In this document: piece after piece, positions 19,663 through 28,573 of the stretch
How positions within the stretch are numbered: position 1 is the first letter of the stretch
Layout of the letters: the number at the start of each line of letters is the position of its first letter
NCBI GenBank assembly: GCA_031278475.1
Contig: JAITKK010000225.1
Span: 1 to 57,495 of the forward strand
Source of the DNA: Deltaproteobacteria bacterium
GTDB taxonomy: Bacteria; Desulfobacterota; Desulfarculia; Adiutricales; Adiutricaceae
DNA length: 57,495 nucleotides
Reading direction: 5' to 3'
Made by a program: the position numbers and the translations under genes
The notes under the pieces: generated by a model
Seen by the model: only the letters and a program-made list of their open reading frames with translations
The model's database searches: none
What the model was told of the DNA's origin: nothing

Positions 19663-20214
19663 CTAGGTGTTTTTGTCGGGGGATCCCTTCTTGGGGGATC
19701 CTTTGGGCTTCCTGAGCCCCAGTGCGAGCGATAAGGTGAACAGAGCCAGCCCCGCCACCACCGCCACGTCCGCGACATTGAAGGCGGGCCAGTGCCTGGT
19801 CCCGATGTGGAAGTCCAGGAAGTCCACCACGGCGTTGTAGCGAAGCCTGTCGTGGATGTTGCCCACGGCCCCGCCCAGGATGGCGCCCAGGGCCGCGGGC
19901 TGCAGCCTCTGGTTGTGGGGCGACATGCGGTAGAGGATGACTATCGGTATCATGGCGACTACCGACAACAGGGCCATCTTGACGCCCTGCCCCGCACCCT
20001 GCCCGGAGAAGAGGCTGAAGGCCGCCCCGCTGTTCATGACCAGGACCATGTTGAGGAAGCCGGTCACCTCCCTGGCCTCGTTCATGACAAGGTTCCTCAG
20101 GATCAGCTGCTTCGTGAGGATGTCAAGGAACAGGGCGAGTCCTGCGAAGGTCAGGGCGTAGAAGAGCTTGCAGTGGGCCCGGGTGCCCTCGTGGGAAAAA
20201 AGACCCGACTTCAT
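19663..20214 (-). CDS. lspA: lipoprotein signal peptidase (signal peptidase II)
   Basis: 183 aa, four hydrophobic segments, motifs NSGAAFSLF and FNVADVAV. Its ATG shares one nucleotide with the upstream HDOD gene stop (ATGA at 20214). Confidence 0.88.
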   Translation of the reverse strand: MKSGLFSHEGTRAHCKLFYALTFAGLALFLDILTKQLILRNLVMNEAREVTGFLNMVLVMNSGAAFSLFSGQGAGQGVKMALLSVVAMIPIVILYRMSPHNQRLQPAALGAILGGAVGNIHDRLRYNAVVDFLDFHIGTRHWPAFNVADVAVVAGLALFTLSLALGLRKPKGSPKKGSPDKNT

Positions 20215-21068
20215 CAGTTCAGCGCGGTCAGGTCATTGAGGCTGCTCAGCTTGGGCTCGAGCTTCTCTAGTATGGGCAGGAAGTCCACCTTCCTGAGGCC
20301 AAGAATATCCCAGGCGGCCATGGAGATGTCGGGGACCATGTCGTCCCCGCCGTTTCCGAAGCCCTTGGCCCTTACCAGTATGTCGGCTATGTGGACTATG
20401 GCCGTCCACTCCGGCTTGAGCACCGCCTTCTCCGGCTTGTGGTGGAAGCGCATGGGCTCGGCCAGGCTCTCTGGCAGGTTCCAGTGCTCCGCCAGCCACT
20501 GGCCGATCTCGGCGTGGTCGAAGTCCAGGACCTTGTTCTCGGCCTCGTAGAAGTAAAGGTCTTCTTCCGCGACCTTGTCCTGCACCAGCTTCATCTCCTC
20601 CGGGAGGTTAAGCGCGAGCACCACCTTCCCAAGGTCATGGAGCAGGCCCGCCACCAGCACCTCCTCCGCGTCGTCGCGGCCCAGGTGGGCGGCTATCACC
20701 CCGGAAGCAGCCGCGCAGCCTATGGAGTGCTCCCAGAGCCCGGCCATGCTTTTTTGGATCATGTCGAAGACCGAGCTTGTGAGGACCAGGCCCTTAACCA
20801 CCTCGAAGCCCAGTATTATGAGCGCCTGGGAGATGGAGCTTATCTTCCTGGACATGCCGAAGAAGGCGGAGTTGGCCATCCTCAGGACCTTGGCTGACAG
20901 CACCTGGTCCTGGGATATGAGCCTTCCCACGTCGGCGACTGAGGTGTCGGGGTTTTCCACCATGCGGGAGATCTTCGCGACTATGCCGGGGACGGTGGGG
21001 AGGTTCTTTATCCTCCGCACCTCCTTTTTGGCCTGCATCCTGTCGGATATGTTCGGGTCTGGGGACAA
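20214..21068 (-). CDS. HDOD domain-containing signalling protein
   Basis: LPTVPGIVAKISRMVENPDTSVADVGRLISQDQVLSAKVLRMANSAFFG...LGFEVV...LLHDLGKVVL is the typical HDOD pattern. The start is uncertain: TTG at 21068 or ATG at 21038. Confidence 0.85.
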   Translation of the reverse strand: MSPDPNISDRMQAKKEVRRIKNLPTVPGIVAKISRMVENPDTSVADVGRLISQDQVLSAKVLRMANSAFFGMSRKISSISQALIILGFEVVKGLVLTSSVFDMIQKSMAGLWEHSIGCAAASGVIAAHLGRDDAEEVLVAGLLHDLGKVVLALNLPEEMKLVQDKVAEEDLYFYEAENKVLDFDHAEIGQWLAEHWNLPESLAEPMRFHHKPEKAVLKPEWTAIVHIADILVRAKGFGNGGDDMVPDISMAAWDILGLRKVDFLPILEKLEPKLSSLNDLTALN

Positions 21069-21126
21069 GTCTTAGCCCTTTCCTGTCTGTGATCGCCCCA
21101 GGGCCCGGGGGCTCTGCCCCCGGGCC

Positions 21127-21612
21127 CTAGTCCTTGACCTGATCCTTGGCCTGATCCTTGCCTTGGCGCTTGCTTGCCTTGGCCCCCGCCTTTGGCGGGG
21201 GGGACACGGCCTCCCCCTGGCCTTCCTCCGGCTGGGTGCCGTTTGCGGCCTGGGCCTCGTCGGCTCCCTTTTCCTGGGACTCCCTCAGGGCGAAGATGCC
21301 CTTCTCCATCTCCTCTTTGGAAAGGAACGCCAAGGTCTTCTTCAGGGCCATGAGCACGGGCTGGCCGCCCACCCTCCTGAAGGCCCTGTCGAGCCTGGAC
21401 AGGTTTTCCCCGTGCGAGGCCCGGATTTCCTCTTCGGTGCGCCCTTCCTCTTCCTCGATGACGATGGTGTCGACGTTCAGGCGCACCAGCATCCTGAGCA
21501 GGCCCTCGGAGACCTCGGAGCCTTGGTTCGCGAGCAGCACCCCGTCGTGGCGCGCGATGCTCTCGGCCAGTATCTGCCCTGGTTTCGCCTGATCCACCGG
21601 GATGCGCTTCAC
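21127..21612 (-). CDS. hypothetical protein with acidic/lysine-rich tail
   Basis: GTG start at 21612, 8 nt after GGAGGT. The N-terminal about 60 aa (IPVDQAKPGQILAESI...VDTIVIEEEE) resembles the small N-terminal domains that precede HD-GYP/HDOD-type proteins (weak recollection). Co-oriented with the HDOD gene. Confidence 0.6.
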   Translation of the reverse strand: MKRIPVDQAKPGQILAESIARHDGVLLANQGSEVSEGLLRMLVRLNVDTIVIEEEEGRTEEEIRASHGENLSRLDRAFRRVGGQPVLMALKKTLAFLSKEEMEKGIFALRESQEKGADEAQAANGTQPEEGQGEAVSPPPKAGAKASKRQGKDQAKDQVKD

Positions 21613-21888
21613 TGGAATGGACCTCCGACGGGAAAATGGCGGGCGGGCAAAAGGCCGGGGTGTTTTAGGGGTGCCGGGCCTTGGGCCTGTTGGGCCAAGT
21701 CCCGTTAAGGGGAGTGGCCTGGTTTGTCAGTTGGGCTTAACAAAGGCCATTAATGGTAACACAAACATATACCTGTTTCCAAGCTTGCCTGGCCTCGGCT
21801 TTCAGGTATTGGCAGCCGGGCGGGCCTTGGCTTGGGCCTTGGGCCCAAGGCCGGAGGGGGCGGCAGGCATAGGGCCTGCCTTAACGGC

Positions 21889-21940
21889 GTGGCTGAACAG
21901 CGTAGCGGAACAGCGTGGCGGAACAGCGTGGCGGAACAAA
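21889..21940. repeat. tandem repeat, 13-bp unit GTGGCGGAACAGC, 4 copies
   Basis: gtggctgaacagc / gtagcggaacagc / gtggcggaacagc / gtggcggaacaaa. Confidence 0.9.
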
Positions 21941-22404
21941 GTACCTCAGCCATAATTCAGGCAGAGTCCGATAGCAATGGTTATATTTATAAATTATTTA
22001 ACAACTAGCATATAATTAAGTATTATTGCCATGCATTATACTCTAGTAATAATTCTCCGTCAATGGCCGCCCCTTTGCCAAGGGAGCAAGGCGCCACCAC
22101 TGGCGCCACTCCCGACATTAATGACCGCGGCCCTTTGCTGAGCGGGTTTTTTGATGTATATTGTGACATGTTCCCGGAGCGGGGCTCTTTCCAGCCGGGC
22201 CGTCTTGCGCCATTGCCGCGCGCCACTACAAACTCCCACGGAAAAAATCCAGCCCATGGCAGCAACTTTCCGGGCCAAGGGCAGGGCCCGGGGCACCAAG
22301 GGGAGCCCCGGGCCGGCATTCCCTGGGGTCCACGTCTTAGAAAGCGGGGTCAAAAACCCCGCGCCGGGGACCGGCGCGGGGGATCTAACCCCGCACGAGG
22401 GTTT

Positions 22405-22632
22405 ATGAAACTTACCTGCGAAGAATGCGGGGCGGACATAGCGTCCGACCCCTGCCCGGCATGCAAGGAGCCTGCCCCGCTCTGGGCGAAGTTCTGCCCC
22501 CACTGCGGCAAGAAGCTCTTAAAGGAGCAAAGCACCCAAGGCAAGAAGAGGCGCCAGCTCTGCTCCGACGAAAGCTGCATAGGCATAATAGGGCCCGACG
22601 GGCTCTGCACCGAATGCGGGAAGAGGCCCTAG
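22405..22632 (+). CDS. small zinc-ribbon protein
   Basis: 75 aa from the ATG at 22405: MKLTCEECGADIASDPCPACKEPAPLWAKFCPHCGKKL...CSDESCIGIIGPDGLCTECGKRP, with three CxxC-type pairs. The upstream part of ORF 22063..22632 looks non-coding. Confidence 0.55.
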   Translation: MKLTCEECGADIASDPCPACKEPAPLWAKFCPHCGKKLLKEQSTQGKKRRQLCSDESCIGIIGPDGLCTECGKRP

Positions 22633-22764
22633 GGGCCCCGCCCCGGCCCCGCTAGGGGAATCATCACAGTCAGCCGACAAGGGACGGACAATGGGGCCGC
22701 CTGGCCCTTGCGGGCCGCAAGGCCACGGAACGCCGCAAGCCAAAAAACACACTCTGGAGAGCAT

Positions 22765-23169
22765 ATGCCAGCTTTGCTATTGACCGGCGCCGTCATAATG
22801 ATTGGCGGGTTAGTCCTCTTCGTGGTCTGGTTCGAGTACCTCTGGGCCCTCATCAAGGCCCTTGCGCCCCTCGCCATCATAGGGGTCGGCGCGGTGGTCA
22901 CCTATTTCGGCTGGGAGGAGAAGAAGGACCGCAGCGGGGCCTTCCTGGACTTCTCGTCGCCCTCTGAGGCGAGCCGCTACCAGGCGGAGGCCCTGGCCTA
23001 CCAGGAGAAGTTGGACGGCATCCAGGACGCGACCGTCAAGGAGGCCGACGTGGCTGCCGAGGTCATCCTCGAGAAGGAAGACTTCAAGGAGATTGAACCC
23101 GAGCCAGCCAAGCCCGAGGGGGATGGCGAGGCCAAGGGCGAGGGCGACGAGGGGAAGTCGGAGGCATAG
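22765..23169 (+). CDS. small membrane protein with acidic C-terminal tail
   Basis: ATG at 22765 after GGAGA. Two predicted TM helices (LLLTGAVIMIGGLVLFVVW, ALAPLAIIGVGAVVTYF), then a charged tail. Confidence 0.55.
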   Translation: MPALLLTGAVIMIGGLVLFVVWFEYLWALIKALAPLAIIGVGAVVTYFGWEEKKDRSGAFLDFSSPSEASRYQAEALAYQEKLDGIQDATVKEADVAAEVILEKEDFKEIEPEPAKPEGDGEAKGEGDEGKSEA

Positions 23170-23342
23170 GCCGCAAGCCTCAAGGTCCCTTTGCCCCAAG
23201 AAGCCAGCAACCGGCCCCTGGCCTTTGGCTCCGGCGCCGTGGAAAGCCCAGTTTTTTGTTGACATCCTGGACGGCCTTTGAGTAGAATGCCCTTTGTTTT
23301 TTGCGGCGTGGGCAATCCCGCCGCTTCCTCGAAGGAAGACGT

Positions 23343-23418
<76 letters not shown>

Positions 23419-23482
23419 ACCTTAAAACACCCTGCGAATCCGAAATAGGCGAGAACCCGCGATCGCCCCGCATTGGCCGCTG

Positions 23483-23515
23483 TCCCGGAAACTTTGTGGT
23501 TTTCGGGATTTTTTT
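23483..23515 (+). terminator. intrinsic terminator downstream of tRNA-Asn
   Basis: Stem TCCCGGAAA / TTTTCGGGA (9 bp with one G-U), 8-nt loop, followed by a T7 run. Confidence 0.7.
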
Positions 23516-23900
23516 GTCCCTTTTGTGTCCTTGGGGCCTTTGGGCCGGGAGGCCATGCCTTTATAAAACACCAATATATGTGTACAAGAAAATAATTTTA
23601 ACTAATGTGCCATCCGGGCTGGCAAGCGGGCACTCACACTTTGCCTCTTTCACATCTTGGTCGGCGCCAGGGCCGGGATACGGGTTTTGGGGCCTTAAGC
23701 CCTGGCTAAGCCAGGGCAAACGGGAAATCGCGGGCCTTGGGGTCGTCTGCGTGGGTTGTGAGGACGGGGGCTAAAAGGGGAGGGGCTTCCTTAGCAAGCG
23801 CTTAGGGCGCAGGGCTTGCTTTCCGGGGCCCAACAATTGCGGGAATGCCAATGTTTAGGGGGAATTAGGGGGGGTTAGGGCGAATAGGAGGGGCGGCCTT

Positions 23901-25994
23901 TTAGTGTTTGATGTCGATGAACATCAGGGATTCGTTTCCGAGGATGTCTATGACCTTGACCGCTACTTTTTTGACACTTGCCGGGGAGTAGTTGAAAAAA
24001 GGGCTTTGGAGTTCTATTTTGCGGTTTTGCTTGAATCTGAAGGCATGCCAAGTGTTGGTGAAAAAGAAGTCTTGGGCGAAGGATCCTTCAAAATCGCCAT
24101 TGCCTTTTAAGGCCTTGCCATTTTGCTTGCAACCGATATCTATCGCCCAATAGTCGATCCAATCGCTCCAGCTTTTGGTAAGTTTTTCGGTTTTTAGCCT
24201 GCCTTCTGCATCCTTGGTAATCTTTACCACTTGGCCCTTATGGACCTTTATCAAGGTTGAGTTATTCCTAAGATCGGAGGGATGTATATTGTCCTGCGAG
24301 TAAAAGCATGAATAGTCGGTAAGCTCGATTGAAAGGCTATTTTTCTTATAATGCGGTACTGCATTAATGAAAGATACCTCTCGGAAATACGGTTTGTAAT
24401 CCTTGTGATGGTATTTACGGAATAAATCCTGCGGTATGAGCTTGGCTGCCAAATCCACGCCTTTGGCAGTCATCTCATCGTATATTTTCGGGAATAACCC
24501 TAAACCATATTCAAAGGCAAGGACATCGATCTTATCTATACCGATCTTTACGCACTCTTTTAGTATTTTTTGAAAAATGTCCTTCGTGAGCGGGGTACCT
24601 AAGTCCGCTACATAGACCACCCTGTCGCCCTTGACTGCTTGGAACATGCCCAAATCGCTGGTATTTTCGGCAAGGTACGCATCCAATATCGCGCTAAGGG
24701 CCCTTTTCTTGCGCTTTTCTATCAGCTTTTCCTCTTTTTGCTCAAGCGGGTTGGTGTTTGCTTGGAAAAAAAGGGTTTGAGGGCGATTGTCCAATTTAAG
24801 GATCTCGAATGGTCTGTAAGGGATATTTTCTTTTCTAAACTCCTCATGGAGCGCAAGTATTCTCTTTCTTGCGACATGTATTGCGAATTTGCCCAAATCG
24901 TTCCCAATCCACTTGCGGCCCATGGTCTCAGCAACCGCGGCAGTGGTCCCAGACCCAATGAAAAAGTCGGCAACAATGTCGCCGGGCTTTGAGGACATCT
25001 CGATTATCCGTCTTAAGATTTCCGCAGGTTTTTGGGTCGGGTAATTCAGGTTTTCCGGGCCCCTTACAACGGGAGCTGCGGGAACTATCCAAACATCGTC
25101 CGCCATCTTGTCTTCGCAGATGTCATATATTAAGTTCCCATTATCGTCGCGCTCGTAGCCCCTCCACTTTTTTAAGGCCGCATTCCATACTTTCCTGGCC
25201 ATCTTCCTGGGCACGTCTCTGAGGATTTTCAAGGTGTTGTATTGCTTTTTGGCTTTGTTCTTTGCATAAAAGAACACATCGTCATGGTTTTGGGGAAGTC
25301 GTGATATACCTGACGGTATCTTGTCGGGGTAATACCATATGATATCGTTTATGAAATTCCCCGGATCAAAGATTTCGTCCAGAATCTCCCGAATATGGCC
25401 ATTAATGTGCCAGTCGCAATGCAGATACAGACTCCCATCCTCACTTAGCAGCTCATGCATGAGCCGCAAGCGTTCGTAAATCATGTTAAGGAAGGAATCT
25501 TTTCCGTAGCCCCAGATGTCGCTGTATGCCAGTTCAGAGAGGACATTTGGGTCTTTTTTGACTTTTTCGTCGCCAATTTCGATGCCAATCGTGAAATTCA
25601 CGCCCACGTCGAAAGGGGGATCGATGTAAATTAGCTTTATGCCACCATGTTTTTTGATTTCTTCCCTAAGGGGTCCGCTCTTCAACGATGAGATGACAGC
25701 TTTGTTGTCTCCTTGGATAAGTTTGTTCGCCCAGCCGTCGTCCTTCAGCGGATTCTTGGGGGGATCATCGAACAGGGTGCGTTTCGCTATGTCTTTTCCC
25801 AAGAAGGAATCCGATTGCTCTATGAACTGAAAAGGAAAAACCTTTTTGTAAGTTTTCTTGTTTTTCCCGTTCCAAACCAATTCCACTTCTTTATTGTTCT
25901 CGAACAGGATGTAGCGATACTTATCCGGCAATGGTATGCGATGTCTGAGGCAATATGTTATCGCCTTTATGTCATCGTCGGAGAGTTTTATCAT
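23901..25994 (-). CDS. orphan beta-class N6/N4 DNA methyltransferase, type III Mod-like, with long C-terminal extension
   Basis: 697 aa. N-terminal ELVWNGK box. Motif IV IYIDPPFD lies about 210 aa before motif I DFFIGSGTTAAVAETMGRKWIGNDL, which is the beta order with a central TRD. About 300 aa follow the catalytic core. AT-rich codon usage, no Shine-Dalgarno, no adjacent Res/endonuclease gene. Confidence 0.9.
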   Translation of the reverse strand: MIKLSDDDIKAITYCLRHRIPLPDKYRYILFENNKEVELVWNGKNKKTYKKVFPFQFIEQSDSFLGKDIAKRTLFDDPPKNPLKDDGWANKLIQGDNKAVISSLKSGPLREEIKKHGGIKLIYIDPPFDVGVNFTIGIEIGDEKVKKDPNVLSELAYSDIWGYGKDSFLNMIYERLRLMHELLSEDGSLYLHCDWHINGHIREILDEIFDPGNFINDIIWYYPDKIPSGISRLPQNHDDVFFYAKNKAKKQYNTLKILRDVPRKMARKVWNAALKKWRGYERDDNGNLIYDICEDKMADDVWIVPAAPVVRGPENLNYPTQKPAEILRRIIEMSSKPGDIVADFFIGSGTTAAVAETMGRKWIGNDLGKFAIHVARKRILALHEEFRKENIPYRPFEILKLDNRPQTLFFQANTNPLEQKEEKLIEKRKKRALSAILDAYLAENTSDLGMFQAVKGDRVVYVADLGTPLTKDIFQKILKECVKIGIDKIDVLAFEYGLGLFPKIYDEMTAKGVDLAAKLIPQDLFRKYHHKDYKPYFREVSFINAVPHYKKNSLSIELTDYSCFYSQDNIHPSDLRNNSTLIKVHKGQVVKITKDAEGRLKTEKLTKSWSDWIDYWAIDIGCKQNGKALKGNGDFEGSFAQDFFFTNTWHAFRFKQNRKIELQSPFFNYSPASVKKVAVKVIDILGNESLMFIDIKH

Positions 25995-26021
25995 TGCTGT
26001 TGGGTTATTTATTGTTAAGGG

Positions 26022-26978
26022 TTATTTGTCTTCTCTGGGTGGCATGAATCCCTTTAGCAAAACCGATATGTTCGACAGCTTTGCCTGGATGTCATCGAGA
26101 ATCATCAGTTCAGAGTTGTTGATTTCCGTCTTGTGAAGGTGCTTTGTCAGCTCCTCCAAGCGCTTGTATAGCGTGTCTGCGTTGCGGAGCAACGACTTCT
26201 CGTGCCGTTCAAGCATGCTCCGGCCGCTCCTGTCACGCCCAGGCGTGGGGGTAATCTTCTTCTCGATTTTTTTTGATATTTTTTCCTTCAATTCCTCGAA
26301 TTTCCTCCGTCTTTCCTCTTTGTCCTTGATTTTGGAAAGATGCAGAAGCTTGGCCCCTGACCAAAGGTTGGACTTGATAGCCTCTTTTTTGATCTCTTCC
26401 TCGAGGGTGCTGATCTTGAGCAGCTCCGAGATGTAGGTCTCGGAAAGGTTGACTTTCTTGATGAGCTGCCTTTGCCTTACTTTTTCGTTCTCCCCCTTCA
26501 TTTTGTGCAAGAGTTTCGCGACCGCCAATGCCTTCTCGATTGGCAGCAGATCCTCCCGGTGGATGTTCTGGGTGAGGGAGATTATTTCGTAGTCATCGGA
26601 TTCCAGGGCTACTATCCTGCATTTTATTTCGGTGAACTCCAATTCCTTGAGGGCCCTCCACCTACGCTCGCCGTCCACAATTACGTAGTGATCGGGCTTG
26701 CTGTGGTCATGCCTGACAAGGATGGGTTCAAGCTGTGAAATGGTTTCGATCGAATGCTTCAGGTTATCCAAATGCACCTGATCGAAATATTTCCTGGGCT
26801 GTCCTGGATCCGGGGAGATTTTGTCAATCTCGATTGTTACGATTTGATCGTTTTTTCCGGTTGTGGTCATAGTTGTTGGTTGCTTCGTTTTTGTTTTTGG
26901 GTTGACTGTAAAGCCTTTTTGCTGATTCGTCAGCGTCAATCGCTTAAATTTTCTAATTCGTGTCAGGCGCTGACCCAC
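26022..26978 (-). CDS. ParB/Srx-family protein (ParB N-terminal domain with GERRxRA box, HTH, K/E-rich coiled-coil tail)
   Basis: IDKISPDPGQPRKYF...LEPILVR...YVIVDGERRWRALKEL...LTQNIHREDLLPIEKA matches the ParB N-domain boxes. Start ambiguous: GTG at 26978 or ATG at 26870. The stop is 27 nt upstream of the methyltransferase start on the same strand. Confidence 0.8.
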   Translation of the reverse strand: MGQRLTRIRKFKRLTLTNQQKGFTVNPKTKTKQPTTMTTTGKNDQIVTIEIDKISPDPGQPRKYFDQVHLDNLKHSIETISQLEPILVRHDHSKPDHYVIVDGERRWRALKELEFTEIKCRIVALESDDYEIISLTQNIHREDLLPIEKALAVAKLLHKMKGENEKVRQRQLIKKVNLSETYISELLKISTLEEEIKKEAIKSNLWSGAKLLHLSKIKDKEERRRKFEELKEKISKKIEKKITPTPGRDRSGRSMLERHEKSLLRNADTLYKRLEELTKHLHKTEINNSELMILDDIQAKLSNISVLLKGFMPPREDK

Positions 26979-27517
26979 ATGGTAAGGCTTGAATACCGTG
27001 TGGGAACTTCGGAGCTACGAAGAATCCAATAGTTCCAAAGCCGATGTACCACAATACATAGCACAATAAAGAATCTTAATAAAGCAAAATTTTGATCCTG
27101 TCAATACTCTCATCCCAAGCGTGCTATCACTACGCTTCATAACTACATCCCTTTTCTTGACGAAGCTTAGCTTCCCGAAAATCCGCATATCTCTTGTTGT
27201 TTGGTGCAACACACTCATCGGCTCCGCTTTTCCCTACGTCTTCCGCTAGGCATCGTGTGCCTGGCCGCTCAAGTGCAATCTAAGGTTCGTAAAAAATAGC
27301 TTTCTTCAGTCTTTTGGACAATGCCGTCCTCCTGGCAAAACGCACAAACAAATCCCATCGTAATTTCGTCTTGCGCAAAAACGATGGTACCGAATGCATG
27401 CTTGGGTACATTTTGTGCCTTTTTTAAATGAAATCCCCCCTATTCATGGATTGATGACCAAGCGGGCCATCGTGAGCAGAAGCGTTTTTGGGTCTGTGCC
27501 GGGGTGCCGCCATGCCG

Positions 27518-28005
27518 TCGGATGCCGGCCTTGCGGTGGATGTTGGCTTGCCACCGGTTGCCCAATTGCCGCCGGGATACTGGCTTTCCGCCAGTTTCCT
27601 GCTTGCCGCCGGGATACTGGCTTTCCTCCGGTTGCCTACTTGCCATCGGATGCCGGCTTCCCGGCAGTTGCCGACTTGCCGCCGGATGCTGGCTTGCATC
27701 GGAAGCCGGCCTGCCGCCGGATGCCTGCTGGCCGCCGGGATGCTGCCTTGCCGTCGGATGCCGGCTTCCCCTCGGATGTCGGCTTGGTTCCGTATGCTGG
27801 GTTGCTTCCGGATGCTGGCTGGCCGCCGAAATGCTGCCTTGCCGTCGGATGCCGGCTTGGCATCGGATGCTGGCTTAGCGCCAGTTGCCGGCTTTCCGTC
27901 GGATCCCGACTTGCCGTCGGATGCCGGCTTGTCGCTTGGTGCTGGCTTGCCGCCAGTTGCCTACTTGCCGCCGGATGCTGGCTTGCCGCCGCAGTTTGCC
28001 CCTGG
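27518..28005. repeat. degenerate tandem iteron array, about 27 units of 17-19 bp, consensus CGGATGCYGGCTTGCCGY (variant CAGTTGCCNACTTGCCGC)
   Basis: Read unit by unit from the sequence. It is GC-rich inside an AT-rich region. Five of the six frames are open across it, but unit-length variation shifts the repeat phase within every ORF. Confidence 0.9.
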
Positions 28006-28538
28006 TGGGGATGGCATTTATGGATCCATTATGCTTTATCCAGTTCGTTATTAGAAGTATTTTTTTTCGTCTAACGCAAGTCCCGCCACAAGCGGCGAAA
28101 TGCCCTATTTCCTTTGTATAATGCGGCAAAAGGCCATCCAACAGGGGGTTTTGGGGCTGTCGTTATGCCACTATTATTCATAAAATTTATTATGACTACC
28201 ATATATTGTAGCTAAATGACTTTTTCACGTCATTATTTTTTTTGCAACCCCGGGCATGGGGCCAGTTGAGGGCCCAAAAAGCGCCTTGAGGCCCCTTTGT
28301 CGTGGCCGCAACGGCTCCTCTGAATAACAACTTTGGCCCAAGAAGGCCTAAGAAGGCCAAAGAAGAGCCAAAGATCCAGGAAAGGTCAGAAAGGCCCCTG
28401 CAAGGCCCCTGGAAGGCCTTTAAAGGGCCCTACAGACACAGAGGCAGCCATTCCCATGGGATTTTATTTGCCACCTCTCGCCTCCCCATGGAAAGCCATT
28501 CCCAGTGAGCTGCCAAGGGCCATTCCCAAGAAAATAGA

Positions 28539-28567
28539 TTGACATCAATTTTATGCTGCAATAATAT
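28539..28567 (+). promoter_or_regulatory. near-consensus sigma70-type promoter (TTGACA - 17 nt - TAATAT)
   Basis: TTGACA at 28539..28544, a 17-nt spacer, TAATAT at 28562..28567. No ORF follows. A hairpin terminator lies about 90 nt downstream. Confidence 0.45.
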
Positions 28568-28573
28568 TTTGGG

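Noticed and set aside
27015-27218. 67-aa ORF on the minus strand just upstream of the ParB-like gene (MSVLHQTTRDMRIFGKLSFVKKRD...)
   Set aside because: No recognisable fold or motif, and poor spacing to the nearest GGAG. It could be a small regulator or antitoxin-like gene, but I cannot support it.
27394-28141. Several overlapping ORFs (226, 188, 124, 91, 88, 75 aa) across the 18-bp iteron array
   Set aside because: Five of the six frames are open only because the unit lacks stops. The repeat phase drifts within each ORF, because units are 17-19 bp, so no frame encodes a consistent peptide repeat. I treat the region as non-coding DNA repeat.
28215-28243. AATGAC-tttttcac-GTCATT hairpin followed by a T-run, containing TTTCACGT, which matches one half of the canonical parS (TGTTTCACGTGAAACA)
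   Set aside because: Only about 10 of 16 positions match parS and the second half-site is absent. The 6-bp AT-rich stem is also weak as a terminator. Noted because of the nearby ParB-like gene, but not convincing.
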